This document shows, in pieces, positions 24,684-38,229 of a stretch of 64,000 nucleotides of DNA. The notes under the pieces are model-generated. The model did no database searches and had not been told where the DNA came from. It saw nothing but the letters and a program-made list of their open reading frames with translations. The position numbers were made by a program, and so were the translations under genes. Origin of the DNA: Hypanus sabinus (lineage: Eukaryota); NCBI RefSeq assembly GCF_030144855.1, contig NC_082724.1:13144001-13208000 (forward strand), written 5' to 3'. Within the stretch, counting starts at the first letter, position 1; every line of letters begins with the position of its first letter.

Positions 24684-25259
24684 GCGCACACAAAATTCTT
24701 GGGGAACTCAGCAGGTCAGGCAGTATCTATAGAAATGGATAAACATTCAATGTTTCAAGCCAAGACCCTTCTTCAGGACGGGAAAAGAAGGGGGACGGCA
24801 CCAGAATAAAAAGGTTGGAGGAGTGGAGGGGGATAGCTAGAAAGTGATAGGTGAATCTAAGTAGGTAGGAAAGGTTTAGGGCTGATGAGGGAGGAATCTA
24901 ATAGGAGAGGAGAACGGACTGTAGGAGAAAGGGTAGAAGGAAAGGACCCAGGGGTGGTGGAGGGTGATGAGCAGGTAAGAAGAGGTGAATGGCCTGAGAG
25001 GGAAATAGAAAAAGAGGGGAGAGGGAGGAATTTTTTTTTACTGTAAGGATGTATCAATATTCATGCCATCAGGTTGGAGGCTACCCAGATGGAATATAAG
25101 GTGTTGCTCCTCCACTCTGATGGTGGCCTCATCTCGGCACAAGAGGAGGGCCATGGACTGGCATGTCGGAACAGGAATCAGAATTGACATGTTTGGCCAC
25201 TGGGAAGTTTCGCTTTTGGCGGATGGAGCAGAGGTGCTTGATGAAGCCATTCCCAATTT
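24684..25259 (-). mobile_element. Penelope-like element 3' part with GIY-YIG endonuclease C-terminus
   Basis: LLLCRDEATIRVEEQHLIFHLGSLQPDGMNID; 12-bp TSD tgcattgaagtt (24672-24683 / 25260-25271); hammerhead-like motif at ~24745-24780. Confidence 0.85.
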
Positions 25260-25279
25260 TGCATTGAAGTTATCAGTCT

Positions 25280-26260
25280 TGGAAATCTTCTTTAAACTGC
25301 GTAACTACTCCTAACATGGTCTCTCCAGTATTCTGTATAACTGAAGCAAAACCTCCCTACTTTTCTATTCAAATTCTCTGAAGATAAAGAACATTCCATT
25401 AACTTTCCCAGTTACCTCATTTCCCAATTACTTGCCAGCTATTTTTAAATCCTCAGAACTTAATCCCCCAAAACTTTGTAGCCTCTCATCATTTAGTTAC
25501 TACGGTAACTATCCTTTTTTTAAAATTTTCTTGTCGTTGTGGACAGTTCCACTTTTTGCTCACATTTTAGTCAGTTTGCCTGAATTGTATCTCCTTGTCT
25601 CCTCCTTTCAAGTTATTTTCCTCTCTACCTCTGTGACATTAGCAAACTTAGCAAACATGTTTTGATCCTTTCGTCCAAGTCATTTGTATAAATTGTAGAA
25701 TATAGTTGAGGATCCAATACCGATCTTGTGTCACACCACAGTATCCTGCCAACTTTTCAGAAAATCTTGAATATCCTGAGTTTTTCTCAGCATCCTACAT
25801 TTACTTGATGCATTTTATTAACACAACATGTTATTTCTTCAAAGAGCTTCAATAAATCAGCCAAACACAATTTCCTTTCCAGAAAGTCACGTTGATTTTC
25901 GTTAAATGCCTTGACATCTCCAGCAGTTTGATTTAACTCCAGTTTCCAGCATCTGAAGGCTCTTGTGCCTTGAATTTTTAAACAGACTGTTGAAATATCT
26001 TGAATAATAGTTTTTAATACTTCCTTCATTACCAAATGTTGAGCTAACTGGCCTGCAGTTTCCTAAATTCTTTGTGTCTTCCTTTTTGAATAGAGAAATT
26101 ATATTTGTTATTTTTAAGCTTCCCCTGATCCAGTTATTCATAGAAGATTAAAACAAATACATCAGCTATCTCACTTGCATTTTCACACCATTAAGATTCC
26201 CAGACCTGGGAATCCTGGAAATTAGTGAGTTTGAAGTTCGAACAATTGGTTCAGCACCAT
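25280..26260 (-). mobile_element. Highly decayed CR1 LINE
   Basis: NIISLFKKEDTKNLGNCRPVSST and LCLADLLKLFEEIT remnants. Confidence 0.7.
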
Positions 26261-26272
26261 TTCCCTGTTTTT

Positions 26273-26870
26273 CAGAATCAGAACCTCTGATATCCTTGGC
26301 ATATGTCATGAAATTTGTTGCTTTATGGCAGTAGCACATCCCAATGTATAATGAAAACTGTGAATTATAGTAAATATATGTTGTGCAAAAAGAGAAATAA
26401 AAAAGGTATTGAGGTAGTGTTTATGGGTTCAATGTCCATTCAGAAATCAGATCTCAGAGGGAAGAAACTGTTATTCAATCATTCAGTGTGCGCCTTCAGG
26501 CTCCTGTGCCTCCTTCCTGATGGTAGCAGTGAGAAGAGGGCATGTCCTGGGTGATGGATACCACCTCTAATAAGGCATTGCTTCTTGAAGATGTCCTGGA
26601 TGCTGGGGAGTTTAGTGCCCATGATGGAGCTGACTGAGTTTACAAGTTTCTGCAGCTTATTTCAATCCTGTGCATTGCCCATCCATACTAAATGGTGATG
26701 CAGCTCGTTGGAATGCTTTCCACAGTATATCTGTCAAAACTTACAACTGCCTTTGGTGACAAACCAAATCTCCTCAAGCTCCTAAGGAGATATAGCCACT
26801 AACATGCCTTCTTTGTAACTGTATTGATATGTTGGGCCCAGGATAGATCCTCAGAGATGTTGACACCTCG
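26273..26870 (-). mobile_element. Rex1/Babar-like LINE 3' portion, (ATTCTG)n tail subfamily
   Basis: tcagaatcagaa tail; reverse-complement HPGHALFSLLPSGRRHRSLK. Confidence 0.8.
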
Positions 26871-28756
26871 AAAACAGGGTCAGTGTCAAGATCTCTGAGG
26901 TTCTAACTATTGTTTTATTTCTTCCCTCTCTTCCCATTCTAGGTATTTCTGAATTGTTACTTGTAGACTTTAACCTGATGACCAATATAAAATTCCTGCT
27001 TAACTATTTGCCATCTCGTTATTCACCCACACTAATTCCCTTGACTCACTTTCTATGGTGTCTACACTCTCTTTTAGTCATACTTTAAAGAAATCCCAAG
27101 ATACTCTTAATATTTAATATTTATGTCTTTTATATTTCTAGCTTGCAATTCTTACACTCCAACTTTTTCTTCCTTATTAACCTTCAAATATTTGTTGCTT
27201 TTTTCGGTCTGACCATCTGACCTACTATATATTTTTGCACAGTTTTATGTCTTTTAACTTTGATACTATCTTTTACTCTTTTACCTAAACAGAGATTCAG
27301 TTTTCTCCACCAGAATTTCTTTTTCTGTCTTGTTGAAATGTATCTATTTCTGTGTATTCTGAACCATCAGAATCAGAATTAACATCACCAGCATATGCCA
27401 TGAAATTTGTTGTCTTTGTGGCAGTGGTACTATGAAATACAGGATAATAGAACAAAATTATCCCCTTGAATGAACCAACCCATAAACACTACCTCACTAT
27501 CCTGCTTTCTTTTTACACTTCTTATGAAATTTATTTTTTATATATGTCTTATTGTAATTTATAGTTTTTAAAATGTCTTGCACTGTACTGTTGCAAAACA
27601 ACCAAATTCATAACATATGTCAATGATATTAAACCTGATTCCAATTCTGAAATGGTACTCCACATAACTTGATTAAACTCTTAAGCACCTGAAGCATACA
27701 GGAGGCTGTTTAATTATATGAATCTTATTCATTTGCACTTTTCAAGTTCCCTGTTAGAGTTTCCAGCAGAAATGGGCATTAAAGGCACAAGGAACATCAA
27801 TTGCATTTCTCTTTACTTGGGGAAGCCTAGCCAAACTAACTCAGGCCTTTACTGAGTAGTCAGTAGGTCAGGAAGAATAATAATTTTCCACTGGTTATAA
27901 TCAGTGTTTTCCAGAGAGTGCTTATCCATCCTTGCCCTATGTGCCACCTCCAACCCTCCATTCTCCCTATCCTCCTGCCTCTTTCAAACTAACCAAGAAA
28001 ATTGTGAGGTCCCAAAATGCCTCCCAACTGCTGCATCAGTTCGACACTGTGAGCACCACTGCCAAGTTAGCACCAGATTGTTTGCTAACCCAGTTTAGTT
28101 GCTCCCAACTGAACTTCACTGGATGTATTCAGCAATATACCTTCGCAGAACTTGAGAAATGAAACCTTAATTAGTTATCTGCTAGGAACAGGGGGAGGGG
28201 GGGAGTTGTTTGTCAGAAGTTTTTAGAAACATTGACCTGGTGCAGTGTATAATAGAGTTGATCAGTATTTGAATGTATCACCAATGTCCAGTAATAATGC
28301 ACTTCTGAATTTACTGACTAGTTTCAATGACAAATGCCTGTTCACATTTTCTATTAACCACTCACATTACGTGAATGGCTGAGAAATAGATCTCAATTCG
28401 GGCCATTCTGCATCTGATACACTAAAGATGCTACTGGCATAATTAAATCAGTCAGTAGTTTTCCATTCCTTTGTGTTGGTTGGAATGAACAAGCAGAATG
28501 CAATTAAAATTAAAAATGACGTGACAGGAATATTTTAAAGTCCAAGTGTTACTATCAACTTGTTTCAAGCACTGATTGACTTCAACATTCTTTTGTCTTT
28601 TACTCAGTTCATTGTTGTACAATCTGCCACGTACAACTGGTTCCCTAATTCAATGTTGTTAACTGGACAAAAACAGTGGGTTTAATTTTCCTTGCAGTTG
28701 CTCTTGCTTGGAAAGAACATTGTTGCAAGCGTGACAGCTACATGCATAAATAATAT

Positions 28757-29200
28757 CATAGAGTCATAGAAAAGTACAGCACAGAAACAGGCTGTTTGCT
28801 CCATCTAGTTTGTGCTGAACCTTTTTAAACTGCCTGGTCCCATCAATCTACCCATGGACTATACCCCTGCATCCCCCTCCCATCCACATACCTACCTAAA
28901 CTCCTCTTAAACGTTGAAATCGAAATCACACCCACCACTTACGCTGGCAGCTTGTTCCACCCTCTCATGACCTGCTGAGTGAAGGAGTTTCCCCTCATAT
29001 TCCAGTTTAAGGCCTTCCTTAATCCTTTGCAAAGCAGGAGCAGCTTGACGAATTTTCTCCGCTGTGGTGTTGTAAGGAGATAAGTATTAAGAGCAGAAAT
29101 TGGCCATGGGTTTCCTGACGCCTGGTTTGAACATACAGTGGTTCCATGACTGATCTGATCTCAGCCTCAGTTCCATTTTCCAACCCATTCTCCATCATTT
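28757..29200 (-). mobile_element. CR1 3' fragments
   Basis: catagagtcatagaaaagtacagcacagaaacagg tail plus a second 3' UTR piece. Confidence 0.7.
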
Positions 29201-29639
29201 TGCTTTCCCTCTTTAGCATTCTGCAGCTCTAGAACGCTTATGCCCGGCCTGTTCTCTGACCAACTTGTTACCTTACTCTGCAGGTCTATTTCTCACTCTC
29301 AAAGTTGCCTTCATAGGCAGTCTAGTATCAATATCTTTCATCCGAGAGTTTTGCTGCCATCTTGAAGTGGTGCCTGTTTCCAAGCACATCTCGTTCCTTC
29401 TGTCCAACAGTATTTAGAGTGGATTTTCTTGTTTATTTGTATATTTAAAGTTATTAGTTATATATTTGTTGTTGCTTAAGTGTGATTCCCTGGCTTTGTT
29501 AGCATATGTTTAGTGTTTCTGTTTTTGTTTGTGTTCAATAAAAATAATTTTTTAAAAAAAAACATATGAACTTACTGTCTGTCAAAACCATGCTTTTCAC
29601 AGTACCTCCAAAATGCTGTTTATCTTTAAGTATAGCTTC

Positions 29640-29995
29640 TGTGGAGTGGAGAAATGTCCAAAAGGTGTAAGGCACTCCTTCCCTCTGTAAGCCTGCAGAT
29701 CACCCTGCTTACTGTCCCCTCCCCTGATCAGAGTCACGTGAAGCCATGGCAGCAGGTGGTGGATGGTCATATGAGCAGCTGGTGCATATCTCAAGTCCTG
29801 GCTATGAAACCTCTGATGTCAGGCTGACAGCCCTGAAGAGCATTGATAATGGCTGGGCCCACCTGTCTTGTAAGGACACTGCCCAGAAGAAGGCAATGGG
29901 AAACTCCTTCTGTAGAAAAATTTGCGAAAAACAATCGTCGTCTTGGAAGGACCGTGATCGCCCACTTCGTACGACACAGCATCTGATGATAATGA
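29640..29995 (+). mobile_element. RTE-related SINE
   Basis: Same family as 23020-23392. Confidence 0.75.
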
Positions 29996-30286
29996 CGGCT
30001 TCTGTTAATGTTACTCACTTTCAGTATGGGTCACATAAAGGGATACTATTTTCCATTTATTGCCTTCAGTGCACCGTGCACATAAATCTTTAGCAAGTTA
30101 CTGGCTCAGCTTCACCTGTAAGCTAATACACACTACTGCTTTGTTTCATCCTGAGCTTGAAAATCCTGGTCAGATGTCCTGTTGTCCAGTTCATCAGCAC
30201 CATTACTAGCTCTTCAGTCACCATGCTTGTCCATGCTGATGCCACTGCACCTTCTACCCACATTAATATTGCTCTCACTGCCCCGG

Positions 30287-30615
30287 TTCCAAGTTCAAAT
30301 TAAATTTGTTATCAAAGTATCTACGTGGTCACCATATACAACCTGGAGATTCATTTTCATGAAGCCATTCACAGAGGAACAGAGAAATACTGTAAAAGCA
30401 GTGACAAACAATGTACAAAGACAGACAAACAACCAATGTGCAAAAGAAGTGAGTAAATAAAAATAGATGGTTGAAGAGTAATAACTGTTTCTGAACCTGG
30501 TAGTGTGGGACCTAAAGCTCATGCACCTCCATCCCAATGGCAGCAGTGAGCAGAGAGCATGACCTGGATGGTGGGGTGGCCCTGATGATTGGTGCTGCTT
30601 TCCTCGTAGATGCGC
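30287..30615 (-). mobile_element. Rex1/Babar-like 3' fragment
   Basis: RCMSFRSHTTRFRNSYY and ttcaaattaaatttgttatcaaag tail. Confidence 0.78.
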
Positions 30616-31228
30616 TTGCAGAGCAGGTTTTGAACTCCCTTTGTAGCTATCTCACTCAACCCTTGTCCGCCAGTGCCTGCTAGCCGGAAGTTCTTTAATG
30701 TCTCTCATCCCAGCTCACCTGGGGCAGAGGATGAAGGCAGTAACTTTCAATCAAATGTCCAAATCTGTTTGCAACAAGATGCTGATAAACACCACGTGAT
30801 AAAGACTTTTCCCAAAGATACCTGAGGAGCGCACATTTGGTTTGAAACTAGCAGCACAGCAGGAAAAAAATAGCAGTCTCGCTGAAGCCACAAGGAAGTT
30901 TGGCATGGGAAATCAAAATAAAACCTGCTTTTACAGGTGCATTGTAAGCATTGATTCCTAGGATAAACAGAACAAAATTGATAGTTGCACATCTCATAAG
31001 TGATGTTACTGTTGGTGCAGGGGAAACATGGTAACAAAATTGTTCACATTATTTTTTTGTAGGCAGAAATATGATAATGACTAGATTAGCTGCCGCTGGT
31101 ATCATGTTATCAATATACCCAAATTTCATTGGATGATGCCAATGTATTTCTTTTTAACAGGAAAACTGAATAGATGCAGCTTTTACTTTAACATTTCTTT
31201 TGAATGAGGGCCCTTCTGATAGAGTATC

Positions 31229-31456
31229 TGTGGTGAACTACATATACCTGTCTGGACACGCCCCCCCCCCCCCCCCCCCCCACTGACTGCTCCTGTGGCT
31301 CCTCCCATGGACCCCGGTATAAAGGCGATTGGGGCCTCAGCCCCGGCCTCAGTATCCAGGATGTCGTGTGGTGGTCACTTGCTGCTTGTTCTTTCTTCCA
31401 GCCAATAAAAGCCTATATCTCGCCTCACATCTCCGAGAGTTATTGATGGTGCATCA
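31229..31456 (+). mobile_element. 228-bp solo LTR with 5-bp TSD
   Basis: TG...CA termini; TSD gtatc (31224-31228 / 31457-31461); TATAAA at 31318; AATAAA at 31404; internal C21 run. Confidence 0.9.
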
Positions 31457-32529
31457 GTATCTTACAATGATCATTTTGATCTTACACTCATGCCTTCTGA
31501 GTCAAAATGGTTGAACTCTTAACCTAATTCAATTATAAGTTTTACTGTTAAGCTACAGTTGACACCTACATATAATATTGGGCCTTAAAGCTTTATGCTG
31601 AATTTTGTTTTGGTAAATCTGACTTGGAGTACAGGGAGAGTTATCATCCATTATATACACCATTTATTATATACTTCCCAAATAGCCATTGATCAGAAAT
31701 CTGTAAAGAAATATTTCAGTCAACTTTGCCATATTTTTGGGCATCATGTTTCAGCTTTCCATACTGTTGATATAAATTATCTTTTCTCCCATTACACCTG
31801 TACAGTCTCCAATATGAATGTCATTCCCCCCTCATTAGTGCACATGAGAAAAGAATTAGATCTTACTTCAATAGTCACACAAGATTGTTGTAGTTAACAT
31901 TTCTAATTGGCATCCCATATTGAATCACACTATCCAGGTTTGATATGCTGAAAATGCACTTTTATTTGTTTTAATGTAATTTAGTTTTTGCCAAATTGTT
32001 GAGTTATAAAAATAATTAAAAGTGTTCCTGTGGGTAGCTTTGGGATTTGTAGCTGCTTTTATGTGGACTAGTTAATTTGTCCTGGTCTTTAAGGTCAATG
32101 TTCAATTACTCCCATTGGAGAAGCCATACTCAGTCAATTAGAAGTTAATTGTTGTTGCTGAAGTTCTTTTTTTTTAAGCTGTGATCCCCTGTTTATATTA
32201 CCTGAACAACTCTCTTCCTCTTCCAGATTATCTCATCCACCACTCAGGAACCTCCCCCCTACCGCCCAGTCCACTTCTTAGCTTCAATGACCTCCTAACT
32301 ACTGGTGTTTCCTCTCTCAAATTTACACACTTGCTGATCTAGTTGGTTACACAATGGGAGTATCTTCATGAGGTCCTGGTTGGTCAGTGGGAGTGGTGGG
32401 GTGAAGGGGGAAGGATAATAAGCATTAGTGCTATTGGCTTCATGTCCCATCCAAAAACTGGTGGCTCCAACAAGTTGGCATGTATTTGGTTCTGCACCAA
32501 AACATTAATATGGACATCATTAACATGGG

Positions 32530-32965
32530 TTTGAGGACCTGATTATAGAGAAAGGTTGACTAAGTTGTAACTTTATTCCCTGCAGTGTAAGAGAATGAGG
32601 GGAGAGGTATACAATGTTATGAGACATATAGATGGGCTAAATACATGCATGCTTTTTCTCTTGATGTTCGGTGAGACTAGAACTAAAGATCATACATTTA
32701 GGGTGAAATTTGAAATATTTAACAATAAACTGAGGGGGATCTTCTTTTCTGAGAGGATGGTGTGAGTCTGGAACAAGGTGCCAGTGGAAGTAGCGGATGT
32801 GGGGTCAATTGCACCATCTAAGTTTGGATAGGTACATGGATGAGAGACATATGGAAAGTTATGTTCTTGGTGCGGGTAGATAGAACTAGGCAGAAACAGG
32901 CATGAGCTGGATGGGCTGAAGGGTCTGTTTCTGTGCTGTAGTGCTTCATAATTCTGTGACTCTTA
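32530..32965 (+). mobile_element. CR1 3' fragment
   Basis: C-terminal remnant and gggctgaagggtctgtttctgtgctgtag 3' UTR. Confidence 0.75.
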
Positions 32966-33499
32966 ACATAAACTGTATGCTAAAATCCATAAGGGTTCAG
33001 GTGAAAACCGACAATCTCTTCACCTGGAAGTGAAGAATGACAAATTGATCCAAACTGGCAAGTTATCTCTTCAGAATACAAGCACTGTTCACAGGCAAAA
33101 GAGAGTTATCTGGAAGGACCACTGTGGCTAATGATGCCATAACCACGAGAGCCAGAAGAGTAAGAGAAGGTTAATGTACAATTTTGCACTAAGATACTAC
33201 CCAGATTTTATGTCAACTTATTCATTTGCATTTTTATTAAATACAAAGCACAGGAGCAAAATAATCAACCACTGTTCTGCATAATCTTCCTCCTGTCTCA
33301 ACTCATATAAGATTATTCCACTCTTAAGATTTCCCTTGGCATCTATGGTGACCACTTCATTGCTGTGGTGGGAAGCTTTGTATGCTATCCTATTTTAGTA
33401 AAGATATTGAACACAACAACACCAATATCAGGTGGTATCTTTTGAATGTATGCCCTGTTGTTTCATGAAGACAACAGTATATTTATTAATGAGCCAAAG

Positions 33500-33850
33500 C
33501 ACAAAGTGCCTGCTTTGCTGAGTACCTGCACTCTGTCTGCCAGGGACATCCGGAGACCTTAGTTGTAAGCCATTTTAATTCCTCTTCCCAGCCTCACACT
33601 GACCTCTCTCTCCTCAGCCTCCTCCACTGCCAGGGTGAAGCCAAAGGCAAACTACGGGTACAACACAAAATGCTGGAGGAACTCAGGAGGCCAGGCAGCA
33701 GCTATGGAAAATAGGACAGATGAAGGGTCTTGGCCCAAAACATCATCCATATACTCTTTTCTCTAGATGCTGCCTGGCCTGCTGAGTTCCTCCAGCATTT
33801 TGTGTATGTTGCTTGAATTTCCAGCATCTGCAGATTTTCTCATGTTTGTG
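33500..33850 (+). mobile_element. Penelope-like GIY-YIG remnant plus inverted terminal repeat
   Basis: FAEYLHSVC...VSHFNSSSQPHTDL...LLHCQGEAK; aaaatgctggaggaactcag / ctgagttcctccagcatttt inverted pair. Confidence 0.75.
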
Positions 33851-34379
33851 GCAAAAATGCAGGTCCACCACAACGTAAAAATCCAATGGCATAGATGTTC
33901 AATTTTTCAATTTCAGATAATCTGCTCCTTCCTGCCCATTTCTCTCATCTGATCTGAGCAGGTCCTCTGACACACATCCTTCCTTACTTCAGTTCATCTT
34001 CCCTTTGCTCCCAATTCCGGAATCTTAAGCTTTTGGGAATTGTAACAAAGTGATCAGCCATATTACAGAAGGGAAAAGGATTAAAGAGTAGCCTGCGCTG
34101 ACCTTTCTCATCACTCTGTTGTTCCATCCAGCCACAGGTACCAGAAAAGTCAGAGTTTTGATTGTCCTTTTACCCATGCCATGTCTGTACTTCAGTTTTG
34201 TAACAGATGGTATACCTCAGTGAGTTGATCCTTGTTCATCCAAAGCCATGTAAAACCAGCTCCCACATGATTAACTTGTTGTCGTACTGTTAACAATAAT
34301 TTAGTGCTTATCCCATCTCTGATCCACCTTCACTGAGTACTTCAAGAAAACATGGCTATTTCCCGCCATTTCAGTCACA

Positions 34380-37060
34380 GCACCAGAGTGGCTTCACCAT
34401 TCTCTGCAAGGAGAGGACAGCTCAGTCTTCTAATGGTAGTGGAGGTGGAGTATGTGTTGTGATTAACTCATTATGGTGCACAGACGTGGGTGTTCTGTCT
34501 CACTCCCGCTCTAGCTGTCAAATGTAGCCCTTTTTATCTGCCAAGGGAGATTCCCGCCATCATCCTGGTAGCTGTGTACACTCCACCTCAGGCCGATGTG
34601 AAATAGGCCCTGGATGAATCAGCAGTCACACAACGGTGCACCCAGGTGCCTTCCTTATTATTGTCAGGATTTCACCCAGGCCAGCTTGAAATTTCTGAAC
34701 AATAACAACTGCCAACATACTACTTGCAGATGCAGAAGAACTAAGACAATTCATCATGTTATACCACCATTAAGAAGACTTACCATGCTATCCCACACCC
34801 ACACTTTGGAAAGTCTGATCACCTGGATGTACTTCTACTCCAGGCTTACAAGCAGAGACTAATAACCGCAGTACCAGTGGCGAGGACAAGGAAGGTGTGG
34901 TCAAAGGAGCTGGAGGAGTGCAAACAGGACTGCTTTGAGTCAGTGGACTGGACGATACTCAGGGAATCATCTCTGAATCTGAATGAAAACACCACAGTTG
35001 TCAACAACTTCATCAAGACCTGTGTGGATGAGTGTTTGCCTCCAAAAATATACTGGATCTACCCAAACCGAAAACTATAGATGATCAGGAGAATCGTAGT
35101 CTGCTGAAGGCTGGATCTGTGGCATTCAAGTTCAGTGATACAGTACAATATAAGAAGTCCAGGTGCAATCTATGAAAGGCAATCTTAAGGGCAAAAGAAC
35201 AATCCCAATTGAAACTAGAGACAAAATCATATGCACGTCAGCTCTGGCAGGATTTACAGGCCGTCACTTTCAACAAGTTGAAACCTAATATCATGAATGG
35301 CTGTGATGCTTCACTCCCAGATGAGCTCAGTGCTTTTTGTGCACACTCTGAAAGGGAGAATAAAACTGACACCTGTGCGAATCCCTGCAGCATCTAGTGA
35401 CCCTGTAAACTCTGTCTCGGAGGCCACCATCAGAATATCTTTCAAGAGGGTAAACCACCCCCCACCCCTCCGGTAACGCATCAGGCCCTAATGGTAGGGC
35501 AGTAAAAACCTGGCATGAGTCTTCAAGGACCTCTTCAAACTCTCACAGCTGCAGTCGGAGGTCCCCACCTGCCTCAAGAGGGTGACAATCATGCCAACGC
35601 TCAAGAGGAGTAGAGCGAGCTGCCTTAGTGACTATCACCCACACACTTGCTGTGAAAAAGAGCTTTGAGAGGTTGGCCATAGCTAGAATCGACAACTGCC
35701 TAAGCAAGGACCTGGACCCCCTGCAATTTGCCTGTCTTCACACCAGGTTTAAAGCAATCTCATTGGCTCCCCACTTGGCCCTGGATTAACAGGACAATAG
35801 CAATACAACTCCAGTTCTAAACAAGAGAAAAGCTGCAGATGCTGGAAATTCAACCAACAAACACATAATGCAGGAGGAACTCAACAGGCCAGGTAGCATC
35901 TGTGGAAAAGAAGACAGTTGGTGTTTCGGGCCGAAAACCTTCAGCAGGACCCTGCTGAAGGTTCTTGCCCTTAAACCTCAATTTAACTCAGGTTGCAACT
36001 TATTGATTACAGCTCAGCTTTCAACACGATCATACAATCAGTTCCACACAACAAACTCGAAAACCTGGATATCTGTAACTCGCTCTGGATCCTTGACTTC
36101 AACATTGAGAGGCCATAGTCAGTGTGGATCAGAAATAACATCTCCTCATCAACAATCAGCACTGGTGCACTTCAAGTATACATGCTTAGCCCACTGCTCT
36201 GCTCTCTCTATACCCACAAATATGTGGCTAGGCACCGCTCAAATGCTATCTATAAATTTGCTGTTTACACAACTATTGTTGGCAGAATTTCAAATGATGA
36301 CGAGGAGGCCTACAAGAGCGAGATGTATCAGCTGGTGAGTGATGTCGCAAAAACAAACTTGCACTCAATGTCAGTAAGACCAAGGAATTGATTGTGGACT
36401 TTGGGAAGAGGAAGTCGAGGGAACAGCCACCAGTCCTCACTGAGAGATTAGCAGTGGAAAGGGCGATCAGTTTCGAGTTCCTGGGTGTCAACATCTCTGA
36501 AAATCTATCCTGGGTCCAACATTTAGAAGCAATTACAAAGAAGGCTATATTTCATTAAGAGTTTGAGGAGAATTGATATGCCACCAAGTCTCTACAGGTG
36601 CATGTACTGTGCAGAGCATTCTAACTGGTTGCATCGCTGTCTGGTATGGAGGGGCCACTGCACAGGATTGGGAAAAGCTGCAGAGGGATGTAAAACTAGT
36701 CAGCTCCATCATGGGCTCTAGCCTCCCCAGCATCCAGGACACCTTCAAGAGGCGATGCCTCAGAAAGGTGGCATCATTCATTAAGGACCCTTGTCAGACA
36801 GAACATGCACTTTCCTCATTGCTGCCATCAGAGAGGAGGCACAGGGACCTGAAGACACACACTCAACATTCCAGCTGGAGATTCTTCCCCTCCACCATCA
36901 AATTTCTGAATGAATAATACCTCAGTATTTTCCCTCCCTTTTAGTACTGTTTGTTTAATTTAATTTTTTATATATAGTTATTGTCATTTATAGATTTTAT
37001 TACTTTGTACTGCTGCCACAAAAAACAAAGTTCAGTGATATGCCAGTAATATTAAACCCG
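34380..37060 (+). mobile_element. Long Rex1/Babar-like LINE (APE endonuclease, RT, 3' end), degenerate
   Basis: GGGVC, ILVAVYTPPQA, QDCFESVDW, LPDELSAF, DLDPLQFA, IDYSSAFNTI, MLSPLL, QSILTGCIAVWYG and LLPSERRHR motifs. Confidence 0.9.
35808..35985. mobile_element. Penelope-like terminal insertion nested in the LINE RT
   Basis: ctgcagatgctggaaatt...ggaggaactcaacaggcc, followed by head-to-head hammerhead-like cores. Confidence 0.75.
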
Positions 37061-37224
37061 AGGACCTTCTCTCCAACTCATAAAACATTGAGTGTTTTCT
37101 AAATATAGAAATTTTCCTTATTCTGAACAAATTACCTGTTAAGTCGTTGTTCTATACATTTTGCCATGCCATTAATTTTTAAGTGGCTAGTGAAGAAAGT
37201 TGAATCATTCTTTCTGACACATGG

Positions 37225-37720
37225 AATAGTACAGTACAGGAACAGACTGTTCTGCTCACAACACACTTGCACGGATTAAATTCCGTTTCCATGGCCTGTG
37301 CCAGCTACAATGCCAATCTAAAATAATCCCGCCCATCTGCATGGATGAATGCCATTATTCCCTGCCTGTTCATGTGTCTGTGTGAATGCCTCTTATACTG
37401 GCTGTTATATCTGCTTCTACCATTTCCTGTGGAAGCACAACCTAGGCACCTATTACACTTTCTTTAAACAAAAAGACTCCTTGTGAATTTCCTTTAAACT
37501 TTCCTCCTTGCACCTGAAATCTATGCCCTGGGGACAAAAGAGTTCTATCTTGTCTATGACTCTGAAAAAGTTACGCTCTAGTCTCTATTCAGTCTCCGGT
37601 GCTCCAGCGAAAACAATCTGAGTTTGCCCAAACTCTTGCTATAGCTGCCATCAATCCAGTCAACATCCCAGAGCACAACTTCAGCATCCTGTCCAAAGCT
37701 TCCTATAGCGTGGTCAGAAC
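37225..37720 (-). mobile_element. Old CR1 3' fragment
   Basis: cagtacaggaacagactg tail; atccagtcaacatcc. Confidence 0.6.
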
Positions 37721-37728
37721 TTCAGACT

Positions 37729-38225
37729 ACACTCAGTGGCCACTTTTTCAGGGACAGGAAGGGCAGGTATTGTGGTGGCCAGAATTTCACACTGCACTTA
37801 AATGTTTAACGTGTTGTGCATTCTGCACACCACTATTGTAATGCCTGCTTATTTGATTTACTATCATCTTCCTATCAACATAAGCCAGTCTAGCCTCTGA
37901 CCTCTCTCATTTTTGCCAACAGAATTACCACTCACTGGATTTTTTTTTTATTTTTGCACCATCCCCTGTACTTCTGTATCTTCCACCATACCCTAGAGAC
38001 TGTTATGCGTGAAAATCCCAGGAAATCAGCAGTTTCTAAGATAGTCAAACCACCCCATCTGGCACCAACAACCATTGAACAGTCAATGTACCTTAGATTA
38101 TATTTCATCTCCATTCTGATGTTTGGTCTGACAACAACTGAACCTCTTGACCATGTCTGCGTGCTTGCTGCCTCATGATCAGCTGACAAGATATCAGCAT
38201 TAATAGGCAGGTACACCTAGTAAAT
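37729..38225 (-). mobile_element. Tc1-like transposon remnant
   Basis: Terminus cactcagtggccacttt; minus-strand HTH segment SMVVGARWGGLTILETADFLGFSRITVSRV. Confidence 0.8.
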
Positions 38226-38229
38226 TTGA

